64,000 nt of DNA from an uncultured bacterium (GTDB taxonomy: Bacteria; Bdellovibrionota_B; Oligoflexia; CAYFLR01): contig CAYFLR010000002.1 of the NCBI GenBank assembly GCA_964343805.1, forward strand, positions 48,175-112,174, in the 5' to 3' direction. A model generated the notes under the pieces. It was not told the origin of the DNA and ran no database searches. It saw only the letters and a list, made by a program, of their open reading frames with translations. This document shows positions 9,192 to 19,226 of this stretch, piece after piece (within the stretch, counting starts at the first letter, position 1; every line of letters starts with the position of its first letter). The translations under genes and the position numbers were made by a program.

Positions 9192-11042
9192 ATGCAACAA
9201 GCACCTCATCTTTTTCATATTCCTGTTATGGGAACTGGTTTTACCGTTGATAGTCCCATTCGCTTAGCTCATTTAGGGATAAACTCGGTGATTTCCTTAG
9301 TTGATGATCACCTGCTAGAAAAGGTAAGAAAGCATTATGCAAAAAAATATGATCTAAGTTACGAATCCATACCTTTGAGAATAAAAGATGCGAGGGCAAA
9401 AAGAATCAAGGCATATCTCGATCTCGTTGCGGATATTGTAAAGATCAATTTTGATCATTTGAAAAACTTAAGTATCTTTCGGGATGAAGCCAAGAGAAAA
9501 TATTTTGAAATGCTTCCTTTCAATCATCCACTAAAAAAACAGTTTCTTACCCTACTCAAAATAGAACCAAGTGAAGAGCGTCTATTAATGGAAAAGAGAT
9601 TAACCGATCAAATGGTTCCCGGTTCGATTGATGTTAATATCATGGTGAAAATAGATCGTAAGCATCTTGATAAAAAGGGTCAATCTTTGGGTTTTGAATA
9701 TACCGATGCCAAAGCTGCCATTCGTGGATTTGTAGGGAGTAAAGTGAATGCCGCTGTGGTGCTGTCTGCGGGAATTAATCCTAGCTTGTTTAAATATATA
9801 TCTAGCTTTCCAGAGTTCTATTTTAACAGAGAAACTAAAGAAATAAAAAAGCGGATCATTTTAAAGGTAAGTGATTTTCGCTCTGCCTATATTCAAGGAA
9901 AAACCCTTGCTAAAAAAGGACTGAGTGTTTATGAGTATCGAATTGAGTCTGGGCTTAACTGTGGTGGTCATGCCTTTCCTTCCAATGGCAAATTACTCCC
10001 TGTCATATTAAAAGAGTTTAAAGAGAAAAGAAATGCTCTGATGCAAGATTTTCAAGCTCCTATTCTTGATTATTATCAAGCAAAAGGGTGGTCAGCTCCG
10101 GGCTCTTTTCACCTGTATTCAGCTGTCTCAGTCCAAGGAGGAGTGGGAACCCATGGTGAAATGATGCGACTCATTAAATATTTTAATATAGACTATGTCG
10201 GGTGGGCCAGTGCTTTTCTACTTGTCCCTGAAGCCACCTGTGTAGATAAAAAGACCCGGCATCAATTAGCCATGGCTCAAACCAAAGATCTCTATTTAAG
10301 TGGAGCATCTCCTTTGGGAGTTCCATTCAATAATATGTATAAAACAGGTTCGGAAAACCATACCAAGAAGTTGGCCCAGCAGGGCAAACCGGGTTCTAAA
10401 TGCCCAAAAAGATTTCTGGTCTCTAATACCGAATTTAGTGAGACTCCTATTTGTACGGCTTCTGCTCAATATCAAGAGTCGAAACTTCAACAAATTAGAA
10501 GTAAGAGCATCAGTGAATCAGCACGTTTAAAAATGGAGGCAGAGGTATTAGAAAAAGTTTGTCTTTGCGATCATTTAGCTAATGGAGCCTTAATCGAATT
10601 GGGACTAATTGATGAGAAATTGGCACCTCCATGTGTCTGTCCGGGGCCAAATACCGCATGGTATAATCGATTCTATACTCTCGCTGAAATGGTGAACCAT
10701 ATATATGGTATTGGTCAACCACTTACTTCTCCTATCCGTCCTCATATGTTCGCTGCCGAAATAGTCATGTATGTTGATTTCTTCGAAAACCTCCTCAAGG
10801 ATTGGAGTCAAGGCAAGACCATCCATTATGATTTGGATGAGTTTAAATACAATCTCACAGAAGGTATGAAATATGTACTTCAATTAGCGGAGCAGCCTCC
10901 TATTGCCGATGAAAATTTAAATTCTATTCACCTCATAATTCAAAAGCAAATTCAACGTCTCGAATTAATGGATTCTAAGCGTTTACAAGCGCGAATGCTC
11001 GGTGCAACCCCCCAAGAATTGAAGCAAGCTTGTGCAGACTGA
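9192..11042 (+). CDS. Conserved-looking hypothetical protein, 616 aa
   Basis: RBS GGAGGA, a long clean ORF and no signal peptide. Notable motifs are HIPVMGTGFTVDSPIRLAHLGINSVISLVDD and IESGLNCGGHAF. I could not assign a family. Confidence 0.6.
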   Translation: MQQAPHLFHIPVMGTGFTVDSPIRLAHLGINSVISLVDDHLLEKVRKHYAKKYDLSYESIPLRIKDARAKRIKAYLDLVADIVKINFDHLKNLSIFRDEAKRKYFEMLPFNHPLKKQFLTLLKIEPSEERLLMEKRLTDQMVPGSIDVNIMVKIDRKHLDKKGQSLGFEYTDAKAAIRGFVGSKVNAAVVLSAGINPSLFKYISSFPEFYFNRETKEIKKRIILKVSDFRSAYIQGKTLAKKGLSVYEYRIESGLNCGGHAFPSNGKLLPVILKEFKEKRNALMQDFQAPILDYYQAKGWSAPGSFHLYSAVSVQGGVGTHGEMMRLIKYFNIDYVGWASAFLLVPEATCVDKKTRHQLAMAQTKDLYLSGASPLGVPFNNMYKTGSENHTKKLAQQGKPGSKCPKRFLVSNTEFSETPICTASAQYQESKLQQIRSKSISESARLKMEAEVLEKVCLCDHLANGALIELGLIDEKLAPPCVCPGPNTAWYNRFYTLAEMVNHIYGIGQPLTSPIRPHMFAAEIVMYVDFFENLLKDWSQGKTIHYDLDEFKYNLTEGMKYVLQLAEQPPIADENLNSIHLIIQKQIQRLELMDSKRLQARMLGATPQELKQACAD

Positions 11043-11099
11043 GTTTGGGATATTTATTAACTCATGATATCATTCTCCCACTTATAGGGGGAATGACAT

Positions 11100-12536
11100 A
11101 TGCATATTTATCAGCAGAGAGTTTTGGGGCTGATCCTTTTATTTTGGTGCAGTGCTTGTATATCACATCAGAAGGTCAAAGAGAGTGACCTGCGGCTCTC
11201 TCAATATAAGATAGAAACTTTTGAATTAAAAACTAAGAAACCAACTTCTGGGTACTGGTGGAAAGAACTGAGTGATCCCGACCTAGAGCACCTTATTCAA
11301 AAGTCCTTCGCGGAGCAAGGAAGGATCAAAATTCAAGTGATTGCAGTGAAACAATCCGCCGCTGCTCTTGAAAGCAAATCTTCAACTCTATGGCCGAATC
11401 TATCTCTCGATTTATCGGCATCAAAAAGTAAGCAGTTTTCTAAGAATCTAATCAGTAAGAGTGAAGAAGAAGTGACATTAAATAGCTATGGATTAAATCT
11501 GAGGCTCAACTATGAAATTGACATTTTTGGAGTTCACCGGAACAGTCTTTCTGCTGCTGAGTACGAGGTGCTTATTCAGGTAGAGAAGTTGAAAGCACTG
11601 CTGATGGAGACCGCCGTTAATGTGACCAAGAATTGGCTTGAAATAAGGGAAGTGAATGATCAGATTTTATTAATAAAAAATACTTTGCAACAAGATGAAC
11701 AAAACTTGGAGAAACTCTTAGCAGAACTGCGAAATGGTACCGCAAGGACCTATCAAATCTTACAAGCAAAACAGCGGCTAATATCATCTAAAAGTGAATT
11801 TCCCGGTTTGAAAAGTCGATTCCGCTTCTTGCAAAGAAACCTGGTGCAACTCACCGGCATGACAACTGAAGAGATTGGAAAATTAACTGTCAAAAAGTCT
11901 GTCCCTTTAACTCTTTCACCCCAGGACTTATTAATACCTTCTTTTATGTTGAAGCAGAACCCTACGGTTCGAATGGCTTTTCTTGGCTTGAAGGCAAAAG
12001 ATGAAGCTTTCGCTTCGGCAGTGGCAGCTCAATACCCTCAATTTCGTTTTACCGCCAGTATAGGAACACGTGAATCGGAATTAGAAGAATTAATCAATCC
12101 AGATCGGATTCTTTGGAGCATGGCTGGCAATTTATTAAATCCCATCTTCAATCGAGGGGCATTAAAAAACAAAGCACTTATGCAAAAGCAGGCACGAACT
12201 CAAAGTCTGATTCAATATCACTTACAGTGGCTCAAAGCCAGTCAAGACCTCCAGCAAAACTTAGACAAAATTCATTTCGGTAAAGAACAATTAAAACTAA
12301 TGCAAGAGAAAATAGATTTGGTAAGAGCCACTTTACAGATGATTGAGAGTGGTTACCAAGATGGTCTGAATAGTTGGTCTGAACTTATTAACAGTCGTAA
12401 AGAGCTATTTATGTCACAAAAATCCATGATCTCTGCTCGGTATTCTCTGTTAAAAAACTATATGAACTTACGAGGAAATATTACTGGCAACTGGGCTTCA
12501 GAAATCACCCAAGAGTTAACTAAAAAGGATATATAA
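11100..12536 (+). CDS. Outer membrane efflux protein (TolC/OMF family)
   Basis: RBS GGGGGAA and a signal peptide with Cys (LFWCSAC). The helix-rich sequence is typical of OEP proteins. It is the first gene of the OMF-MFP-RND operon. Confidence 0.8.
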   Translation: MHIYQQRVLGLILLFWCSACISHQKVKESDLRLSQYKIETFELKTKKPTSGYWWKELSDPDLEHLIQKSFAEQGRIKIQVIAVKQSAAALESKSSTLWPNLSLDLSASKSKQFSKNLISKSEEEVTLNSYGLNLRLNYEIDIFGVHRNSLSAAEYEVLIQVEKLKALLMETAVNVTKNWLEIREVNDQILLIKNTLQQDEQNLEKLLAELRNGTARTYQILQAKQRLISSKSEFPGLKSRFRFLQRNLVQLTGMTTEEIGKLTVKKSVPLTLSPQDLLIPSFMLKQNPTVRMAFLGLKAKDEAFASAVAAQYPQFRFTASIGTRESELEELINPDRILWSMAGNLLNPIFNRGALKNKALMQKQARTQSLIQYHLQWLKASQDLQQNLDKIHFGKEQLKLMQEKIDLVRATLQMIESGYQDGLNSWSELINSRKELFMSQKSMISARYSLLKNYMNLRGNITGNWASEITQELTKKDI

Positions 12537-13684
12537 TGAAAGTATTAAAATTCTTAACCCCCTTTATTATTTTAGCCGGAGCGGTGGGACTCTTTATCAC
12601 AATGTCTAAATCGTCTAAACGGCCTAATAAACATCATGGAATGGCTAAGAACAAGGTTGCAGTAAGCATAACATCTGCCAAAAAAATAGACCATACCATT
12701 ACTATTTCAGCCCGAGCCATAGCTACTCCTCTTTATGAAATTGATATCGCCTCTCAAGTGAGTGGGATGGTGTCTGAGGTGCATGATCAACTGATGGAAG
12801 GGGGATTTGTAAAAGAAGGTGAAACCCTCTTTGCTCTTTCCCCTGCCGATTTTGAGCTAAAATTAATCCAAGCCGAGGCTTCCTTGGCTAAAGCCAAATA
12901 TAATTTCGATTTGGTAAAAGCACAGCAAAAATCCGCTGTGAAAGGCTTTGAATTGGTAAGGAAAAAAATGCTAGAGCAAAAAGTCGCCAATACTGAATTC
13001 AGTGATCTGGCCAAGTTCACACCTCAAATGCAAAATGCCTTGGCTGGACTCAAGAGTGCGGAAGCCACGGTGGAAGCTGCCAAATTAAATCTATCTAGAA
13101 CCAAAATTAAAGCTCCTTTTTCGGGTTATATAAAACAGGTAAATTTAGCCAAAGGCCAGTTAGTGGCTGCCATGAAAAAGGTGGGGACCTTTTATGCCAA
13201 CACCCCTTTACATATTAGCGCAGCTTTGCCTGTTCGAGATATTGTTCGTTTGGAGATGGGAAATAGCAAAAAGTTGAATGTAAAAATCAGTCGAAAAATT
13301 GGGGTTGAAGTTCATCATTGGCAAGGGTATGTAGCTAAACTTTCCACTCGCATTAATCTGCAGGATCATTTAGCCAGGGCCTATATTATGGTTGACCAAC
13401 CCTTTTCCGATAAAGGTTTAGAGCTGCCTGTGGGAATGTTAGTTGACATTTCATTGACCGGTGAACAGTTGAAAGGGGTTTATCAGATACCAGCAGAAGC
13501 TGTAAGACCTGGTGACACTCTCTGGGTGGCAGAACAAGAGGTCTTAAAAGTACACCCTATTAAGATACTCTATAAAGATCAATATTACGTTTATATCCGT
13601 CAAAGGGTAGAAGCTGAAATGAAAATTATTACCTCCAGTGTGCCCAACTTCGAACCGGGGCTTCCTCTTCAAATAGAACTGTAG
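12536..13684 (+). CDS. Efflux RND periplasmic adaptor (MFP/HlyD family)
   Basis: Its ATG overlaps the upstream TAA by 1 nt. It has an N-terminal TM segment, a coiled-coil hairpin region and the adaptor motif KIKAPFSGYIKQVNL. Confidence 0.85.
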   Translation: MKVLKFLTPFIILAGAVGLFITMSKSSKRPNKHHGMAKNKVAVSITSAKKIDHTITISARAIATPLYEIDIASQVSGMVSEVHDQLMEGGFVKEGETLFALSPADFELKLIQAEASLAKAKYNFDLVKAQQKSAVKGFELVRKKMLEQKVANTEFSDLAKFTPQMQNALAGLKSAEATVEAAKLNLSRTKIKAPFSGYIKQVNLAKGQLVAAMKKVGTFYANTPLHISAALPVRDIVRLEMGNSKKLNVKISRKIGVEVHHWQGYVAKLSTRINLQDHLARAYIMVDQPFSDKGLELPVGMLVDISLTGEQLKGVYQIPAEAVRPGDTLWVAEQEVLKVHPIKILYKDQYYVYIRQRVEAEMKIITSSVPNFEPGLPLQIEL

Positions 13685-13699
13685 CTTAAGAAGGCAAGA

Positions 13700-16600
13700 A
13701 TGAAAGATTTTATTGTATACATGATCAAAAATAAAGTGGCTGCCAATTTGCTGCTGATTGCTCTTTTTGTTATCGGTCTTATTGCCGGAAAATCCATACC
13801 GCAAGAGGTCTTTCCTAATATTGAATTTGATAGAATTAATATTAAATTAGGTTATCCAGGTGCCGCCCCTTCTGAGGTGGCTAAGGCAATCTGTCTCCCT
13901 TTACAAGATGCCATTTCTAATATTGTAGGTGTCAAAGACGCCAGTTGTACTTCCATGGAGGGTGCCGCTTCCATGAGGTTGACATTACAAGAAGGAGAAG
14001 AACTCAATGACGTTTTTGAAGAGGTCCGAACAGCTGTAGATGGTATTGGAGATTTCCCGGAAGATGCCACTAAGCCTGTTGTGGGAAAAGCCTCACATAA
14101 TAGAGATATTATGGAATTGGCTTTAGTGAGCAATTCATCTGAGATGGAGTTGTACCGTTATGCTCGGCATGTGAGAGATGAAGTGAGAAGAATTAAGGGT
14201 GTTGCAGTGGCTTCTCTGATGGTGGATCGAGGAGAGGAAATTGAAATTGCAGTAGAGCCTGATGTAATGAAACACTATCACCTCTCGCTCTCTTCCTTAA
14301 GTCAGATGATAAAAAGTAATAGTTTAGATCTGGGAGCTGGTTCCATAAATCAGCGAACCGGTAAGATTCTCCTAGGGGTTAAAGAGAGAAAAACTGGAGT
14401 TGAACAAATCAAAAAAATACCAGTGCTGACTACCAAAGAAGGATCTCAGTTGCTCTTAGGAGAGATTGCCGAGGTGAAGTGGAAATTAGAAAGGAGTCTT
14501 AGGGACACCATTATAGATGGCAAACGGGCCGTTATTATAGATATTAAGCAGCACAATAGTTACACTCCGGGTCAAGTGTCTAAGAATATCCGTCACTATG
14601 TAGAGCGTAAGAGTAAGGTTCTTCCTTATGGATACTCTTTTAAAGTTTTCCGTGATCGATCTACCTATTTTGAAGATCGCTTCAATCTACTTATTCGCAA
14701 TGGCTTATTAGGCTTACTTTTGGTTTTAGTTTCTTTGAGTCTTTTTTTAGAAATTAGATTGGCCTTTTGGGTAATGATTGGTATCCCTGCTTCATTTTTA
14801 GGTTCCTTGATATTCTTACCAATGGCCGGAGTTACCATCAATATGATGTCACTTTTTGCCTTTATTCTGGTGTTAGGAATAGTGGTGGATGATGCCATTG
14901 TCATTGGTGAGGCCATTTTTAAACATCGAGAAAAAGGAAAAGATTTTATCACTGCCGCCATCGATGGAACCAAAGAGGTGGCGGGGGCGGTTACTTTTGC
15001 AATTTTAACCACCATGATCGCCTTTCTCCCCTTAGCTTTTACCAAGGGTATGATGGGAGCATTTTTATTTGCCACACCTATAATTGTAATTAGTGTTATC
15101 GGGATTTCATTACTGGAAGCCCTATTTATTCTACCTGCTCATTTAGCTCATAGCAGTCGTGAACCCTTCAACCATCCACTCCTGACTTTAATTGAAAAAG
15201 CAAGAGTTGGAACCACAAAACTCTTACAAAATTTCATTAATGGTACTTTTTCAAAGGTTTTGGATGCGGCTTTACGTCACTGCTTTTTATCTATTTCTAT
15301 CGGACTCGCCTTTTTAATTTTGTGTCTTGGAATGGTGGCGGGAAAAATCATCCGAGTGGAGTTTTTTCCCAACATCGAGGGGGATCGTTTACGAGTGAGT
15401 GGACAGCTTCCAGCAGGTTACTCCAGAGAAGAGACCATGAGAATTGTTAAGAAAATAGAGAAGATTGGTCGTAAAAGTTTAGAGGGGATGGAAAGAAAAC
15501 TGGGGGTTGACCCAGAGGATACCAGTTTAAAATCGGTCTATAGCCGAATTTCACAAGCACGTAATTCAGGCAAAACCAGCTTTAGAGTTTCATTGGATTT
15601 ACAACCTGAAAGAAAGGTCTCTATCTTTAAATTAAAAAGAGTTTGGCGAAAGAAAATTGGTTCTATACCAGGGGTTGAAGGTTTAAAACTGGCCAGTCGA
15701 GGAATGCACTTTGGAACTGACATCTCCCTCTCTCTTTCACACTTTGATCATGACACCCTCCTTAAGGCAATAAATTACATGAAAACTGAGTTAACTAGAT
15801 ATCAAGGGGTCCATGAGGTAGAATTGTCTGAAGAAGCGGGTAACACTATGTTAGTTTTTAAACCGAGTATCGTGGCAGAGTCACTGGGTATCAATGCTGC
15901 TACCTTGGCAAGGGCGGTGCGTAGTGGGTTTCAAGGTATTGATCTCTCGTCTTTTTATCATCAGGGAACTGAGGTCAATGTGGTTTTACGCTATAATCAG
16001 AAGTATCGAGACCATTTAAACCTATTGGAGCAAATACCTCTGCTCGGAAAAAATGGTAAAAGCATCACCTTGGGTGAAGCAGCTGATATTTCGGAACATG
16101 TGGAGCCCGTAACCCTGTTGCAAGAGAATGGCCGGCCCACCATTCGGCTAAGTGCTTCAGTAGCTGAAGAAAAAGCTAACTTAGATGATATCCAACAGGA
16201 GATTGAAGAGAAGTTAGTTCCGCAGGTTGAGAGAAAGTTTAGTGGGTTATCGGTCTCTTTCGGAGGGGCCCGTGAAGAGCGTAAAAAATCGATGAAGAGT
16301 TTTTTAAGTGGCTATATTATTGCTTTAATAGGAATCTATACCTTGTTAGCTCTCTTTTTTCACTCCTACACTCAACCACTTATTGTGATGCTTGGAATTC
16401 CCTTTGGTCTGGCAGGGGGGATTATAGGTCATTGGTTGCTTGGGTATAATTTGAGCAGTATGAGCCTATTTGGTTTCATTGGCCTTTCTGGTGTTGTGGT
16501 GAACGACTCTTTAATACTCATACATGCAGTAAAGCTTTATCTCGATCAAGGTCTGGATGTACATCAGGCTCTGTTGGAGGCGGCAAAATCCAGAGTTCGC

Positions 16601-16810
16601 CCCATATTTCTCACTAGTTTGACCACTTTTGTGGGTTTAATGCCTATGCTTTTAGAAACTTCCAGGCAAGCCAAATTCCTTGTTCCCATGGCCATCAGCT
16701 TAGCCATGGGTATTCTTTTCGCCACCTTTATCATACTGGTGTTGGTACCGGCGATATACCGGGCTTTTGTCTATCTGAAATTTACTCGAATTCAAGCTAG
16801 ACAACCCTAG
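13700..16810 (+). CDS. RND efflux transporter permease (AcrB/AcrD/AcrF family)
   Basis: 1036 aa with two large periplasmic loops and two TM bundles (LGIVVDDAIVIGE, GLSGVVVNDSLILI), typical of RND pumps. Confidence 0.9.
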   Translation: MKDFIVYMIKNKVAANLLLIALFVIGLIAGKSIPQEVFPNIEFDRINIKLGYPGAAPSEVAKAICLPLQDAISNIVGVKDASCTSMEGAASMRLTLQEGEELNDVFEEVRTAVDGIGDFPEDATKPVVGKASHNRDIMELALVSNSSEMELYRYARHVRDEVRRIKGVAVASLMVDRGEEIEIAVEPDVMKHYHLSLSSLSQMIKSNSLDLGAGSINQRTGKILLGVKERKTGVEQIKKIPVLTTKEGSQLLLGEIAEVKWKLERSLRDTIIDGKRAVIIDIKQHNSYTPGQVSKNIRHYVERKSKVLPYGYSFKVFRDRSTYFEDRFNLLIRNGLLGLLLVLVSLSLFLEIRLAFWVMIGIPASFLGSLIFLPMAGVTINMMSLFAFILVLGIVVDDAIVIGEAIFKHREKGKDFITAAIDGTKEVAGAVTFAILTTMIAFLPLAFTKGMMGAFLFATPIIVISVIGISLLEALFILPAHLAHSSREPFNHPLLTLIEKARVGTTKLLQNFINGTFSKVLDAALRHCFLSISIGLAFLILCLGMVAGKIIRVEFFPNIEGDRLRVSGQLPAGYSREETMRIVKKIEKIGRKSLEGMERKLGVDPEDTSLKSVYSRISQARNSGKTSFRVSLDLQPERKVSIFKLKRVWRKKIGSIPGVEGLKLASRGMHFGTDISLSLSHFDHDTLLKAINYMKTELTRYQGVHEVELSEEAGNTMLVFKPSIVAESLGINAATLARAVRSGFQGIDLSSFYHQGTEVNVVLRYNQKYRDHLNLLEQIPLLGKNGKSITLGEAADISEHVEPVTLLQENGRPTIRLSASVAEEKANLDDIQQEIEEKLVPQVERKFSGLSVSFGGAREERKKSMKSFLSGYIIALIGIYTLLALFFHSYTQPLIVMLGIPFGLAGGIIGHWLLGYNLSSMSLFGFIGLSGVVVNDSLILIHAVKLYLDQGLDVHQALLEAAKSRVRPIFLTSLTTFVGLMPMLLETSRQAKFLVPMAISLAMGILFATFIILVLVPAIYRAFVYLKFTRIQARQP

Positions 16811-16872
16811 TCTCTTTTTAGTAGAATTCACTGGTTTAAAGTTTAAAATGTTAAAATTATTGGAGAAATTGT

Positions 16873-17091
16873 ATGAGTACCCCGTTTTATAAAGTGGAAG
16901 TTAAAAATGGCGACACCAAAGCTTTCTGTACCTGTGGTCAATCTAAGAAAATGCCTGACTGTGATGGCAATCATCAGGGAACAGGTAAAACTCCTCATGT
17001 TGAAAAATTCACTGAAGATAAACTGGTGATTGTTTGTGGCTGTGGTAAAACAGCTAAGTCTCCATACTGTGATGGAGCTCATGCTAAGTAG
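16873..17091 (+). CDS. CDGSH iron-sulfur domain protein (two CDGSH motifs)
   Basis: Two CDGSH-type 2Fe-2S motifs: CTCGQSKKMPDCDGNH and CGCGKTAKSPYCDGAH. RBS GGAGA. Confidence 0.85.
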   Translation: MSTPFYKVEVKNGDTKAFCTCGQSKKMPDCDGNHQGTGKTPHVEKFTEDKLVIVCGCGKTAKSPYCDGAHAK

Positions 17092-17114
17092 TCTTGTTGA
17101 TTTTTCCTCTAGAC

Positions 17115-17224
17115 GAAGCGGACACGATTGGTTCAGATGAATCATCTTCTGGAGTTATGACCGCTTTGAGCATGAAAAAGCGGTCACCAATGGCCCTGAT
17201 GAATCATCTTTCGGAGTTATGTCC
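17115..17224. repeat. Two-copy 62-bp-period tandem repeat with embedded 10-bp-stem hairpin
   Basis: Copy 1 (17115-17162) and copy 2 (17177-17224) share 38/48 identities by hand alignment. The hairpin pairs TGACCGCTTT (17158-17167) with AAAGCGGTCA (17177-17186). Confidence 0.6.
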
Positions 17225-17436
17225 TCTTTCTAAACAGCACTCATAATTTCCCACTTACCATAACCTTTTTTAACAAGGTTTTAAAAAAGAGTAAACATTT
17301 GCTCCCTTCAACATCTCTGCTTATATGTCCCTAGTTATACTTAAATATTTAATATAATTAGATTTAAATTTATGACCTTTAGATTTCCTTCCATTCAACC
17401 GATAAGAACCAATAACCTAAGATTGGGGAGAAAATC

Positions 17437-19131
17437 ATGACTCGATATATCTATCTTTTCGCTTTTGTCATTCTTTTAGGCTGTAAAGCACGAGATGAAG
17501 CTGATGAAGGTGCCAATGTTAAAAGCTACCGTTATGATAATGGTCAAAAGGTACTAGATGTAGGGGTTTATATAAACGATGAGCCTACTACTAACTCTGG
17601 CGAGCTTTTACCCGAGGAAATTTCTTGGGGGCGCTACCCCAGTGGCTTTAGTGGTGATAAAGTTATCGGTCGAACTCAATATTCCACCGACAACAATTTA
17701 TTTGAACAAGCGAAATCCTCTGGCGCCAAATATGTATTAAAAATAAAAGTCGTGAGTGACTCTCTTGAGGATATTCCTAATCAAGTTACCCTTTCGAAAG
17801 GTTTTATCGCAGATACTAATTGTGGAAGTCCTGAGTCCACAGTGAAAATCAAAGGTCAAGATGAAAGGGGAGAAGAGGGGGTTTATAACTTTTGTGTCAC
17901 AACTGAGCAGAGTGGGAAAAATGCCGGTGCAAAAATCATATACACTAACTTGAGCCTCATAAGTGAAGGTGCTATTGCCGATGGATTCTCTATTGAAATA
18001 TTAATGGATCGAATCTTAGGTTCCTCGACTCAGTTTTATGCAGCTACTGTAAACGTGACCAATTTAAATGCATTTGAAAACCAAAATACCCAAGCCATCT
18101 TGGGGGAGGAAGTGGCCTTTAGTACTGATCCAAGTGCGGAAATCCCATTTCCAACTCCGGCACCTAAAAGAAAACCCGATGATGAATATGATAAGATGTC
18201 CACTTTGGATCGAGTCGTTCCTAAAAAGAGACCCACTGTCGATCTTCCTGATCAAAAGTCATCCGCTACTTTTCAAAATATGATGATTCTGCCTGCAGGA
18301 TCAGTGAGGGAAGTGGATGGAGAAGTTGATATGTCGAGCTTAAGCTCTCGGAATAAACTATACACTGGCTTAGGTTATCCGATGGGGAGCAAGGCCACCG
18401 AATATTGCGAGGAAAAGTACAAATCTCAAAATAATAGTGAGTATCATATTCAGTGGATCATTGCAGATATTGAAGATGATTTTAAAGTTATAGACCATAG
18501 TATTGACTATGAACATAATTTTTACGGAGCTTCGGTGGTTAAGAGTTTTACTGGAGCTGCATGGTTGGATGCCAATGATGGAAAACTGGATACCTTAGCT
18601 GATTTAGACTTGCTCATTCGCATGATTAGAGATTCAAATAATCCGGCTTGGATCGCCATCAGAAAAAAGATTGGGGAACCTTCTGGAGCTGTGAAGTTTA
18701 CATCTAAGATGGGTTATGTAAAGACACGGAGCCATCGCAATGCCTATGATGGTTATTTAGGAAATCAGATCAATGCCCGCGAAACAGCCGAACTCTTTTT
18801 TGATACCTATCATGGCAACTATCAAGGTGCTGATGTAATGTGGCGAATTTTTCATACCTGTCGAACCGGTTCAACAAAAGCTAAATATTACCTTCCTCAA
18901 AGTCTGGTAGTTGGAGGAAAGACAGGAAGTTGGGATGAATCTTATCACCATGCTCTCACTTTCCGTTATGAAGATCGCCAATACGCTATGGTGGTCTTAA
19001 CCGGTCGTCATTACACTTGGAACCTAAGGCAGCTTTTTAATGGCGCTAAAGGAAGTAATAATAAAGTGGCAGTGATGGCTGGAGGGCTCTTTCGAGAGTA
19101 TATTGAAAAAAGCATGTCCTGCAGTAATTAA
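17437..19131 (+). CDS. Lipoprotein with C-terminal class A beta-lactamase-like serine hydrolase domain
   Basis: RBS GGGGAGA and lipobox LLGC. The C-terminal third carries SxxK (GASVVKSF), an SDN-like motif (MIRDSNNPAW) and KTG (VGGKTGSW). The N-terminal ~330 aa are unassigned. Confidence 0.6.
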   Translation: MTRYIYLFAFVILLGCKARDEADEGANVKSYRYDNGQKVLDVGVYINDEPTTNSGELLPEEISWGRYPSGFSGDKVIGRTQYSTDNNLFEQAKSSGAKYVLKIKVVSDSLEDIPNQVTLSKGFIADTNCGSPESTVKIKGQDERGEEGVYNFCVTTEQSGKNAGAKIIYTNLSLISEGAIADGFSIEILMDRILGSSTQFYAATVNVTNLNAFENQNTQAILGEEVAFSTDPSAEIPFPTPAPKRKPDDEYDKMSTLDRVVPKKRPTVDLPDQKSSATFQNMMILPAGSVREVDGEVDMSSLSSRNKLYTGLGYPMGSKATEYCEEKYKSQNNSEYHIQWIIADIEDDFKVIDHSIDYEHNFYGASVVKSFTGAAWLDANDGKLDTLADLDLLIRMIRDSNNPAWIAIRKKIGEPSGAVKFTSKMGYVKTRSHRNAYDGYLGNQINARETAELFFDTYHGNYQGADVMWRIFHTCRTGSTKAKYYLPQSLVVGGKTGSWDESYHHALTFRYEDRQYAMVVLTGRHYTWNLRQLFNGAKGSNNKVAVMAGGLFREYIEKSMSCSN

Positions 19132-19226
19132 TCTATCCTTCTACATTTACTGGCATAATCTCATATAATATATTATCATTTTCTTACTAATTCTATTTAG
19201 ACTAATAAATTTTGAGGAGACTTGTA

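Noticed and set aside
13852-15075. Antisense ORFs (93 and 136 aa) inside the RND permease gene
   Set aside because: They are embedded in a confidently identified 1036-aa AcrB-family gene. Their translations are low-complexity with no start context.
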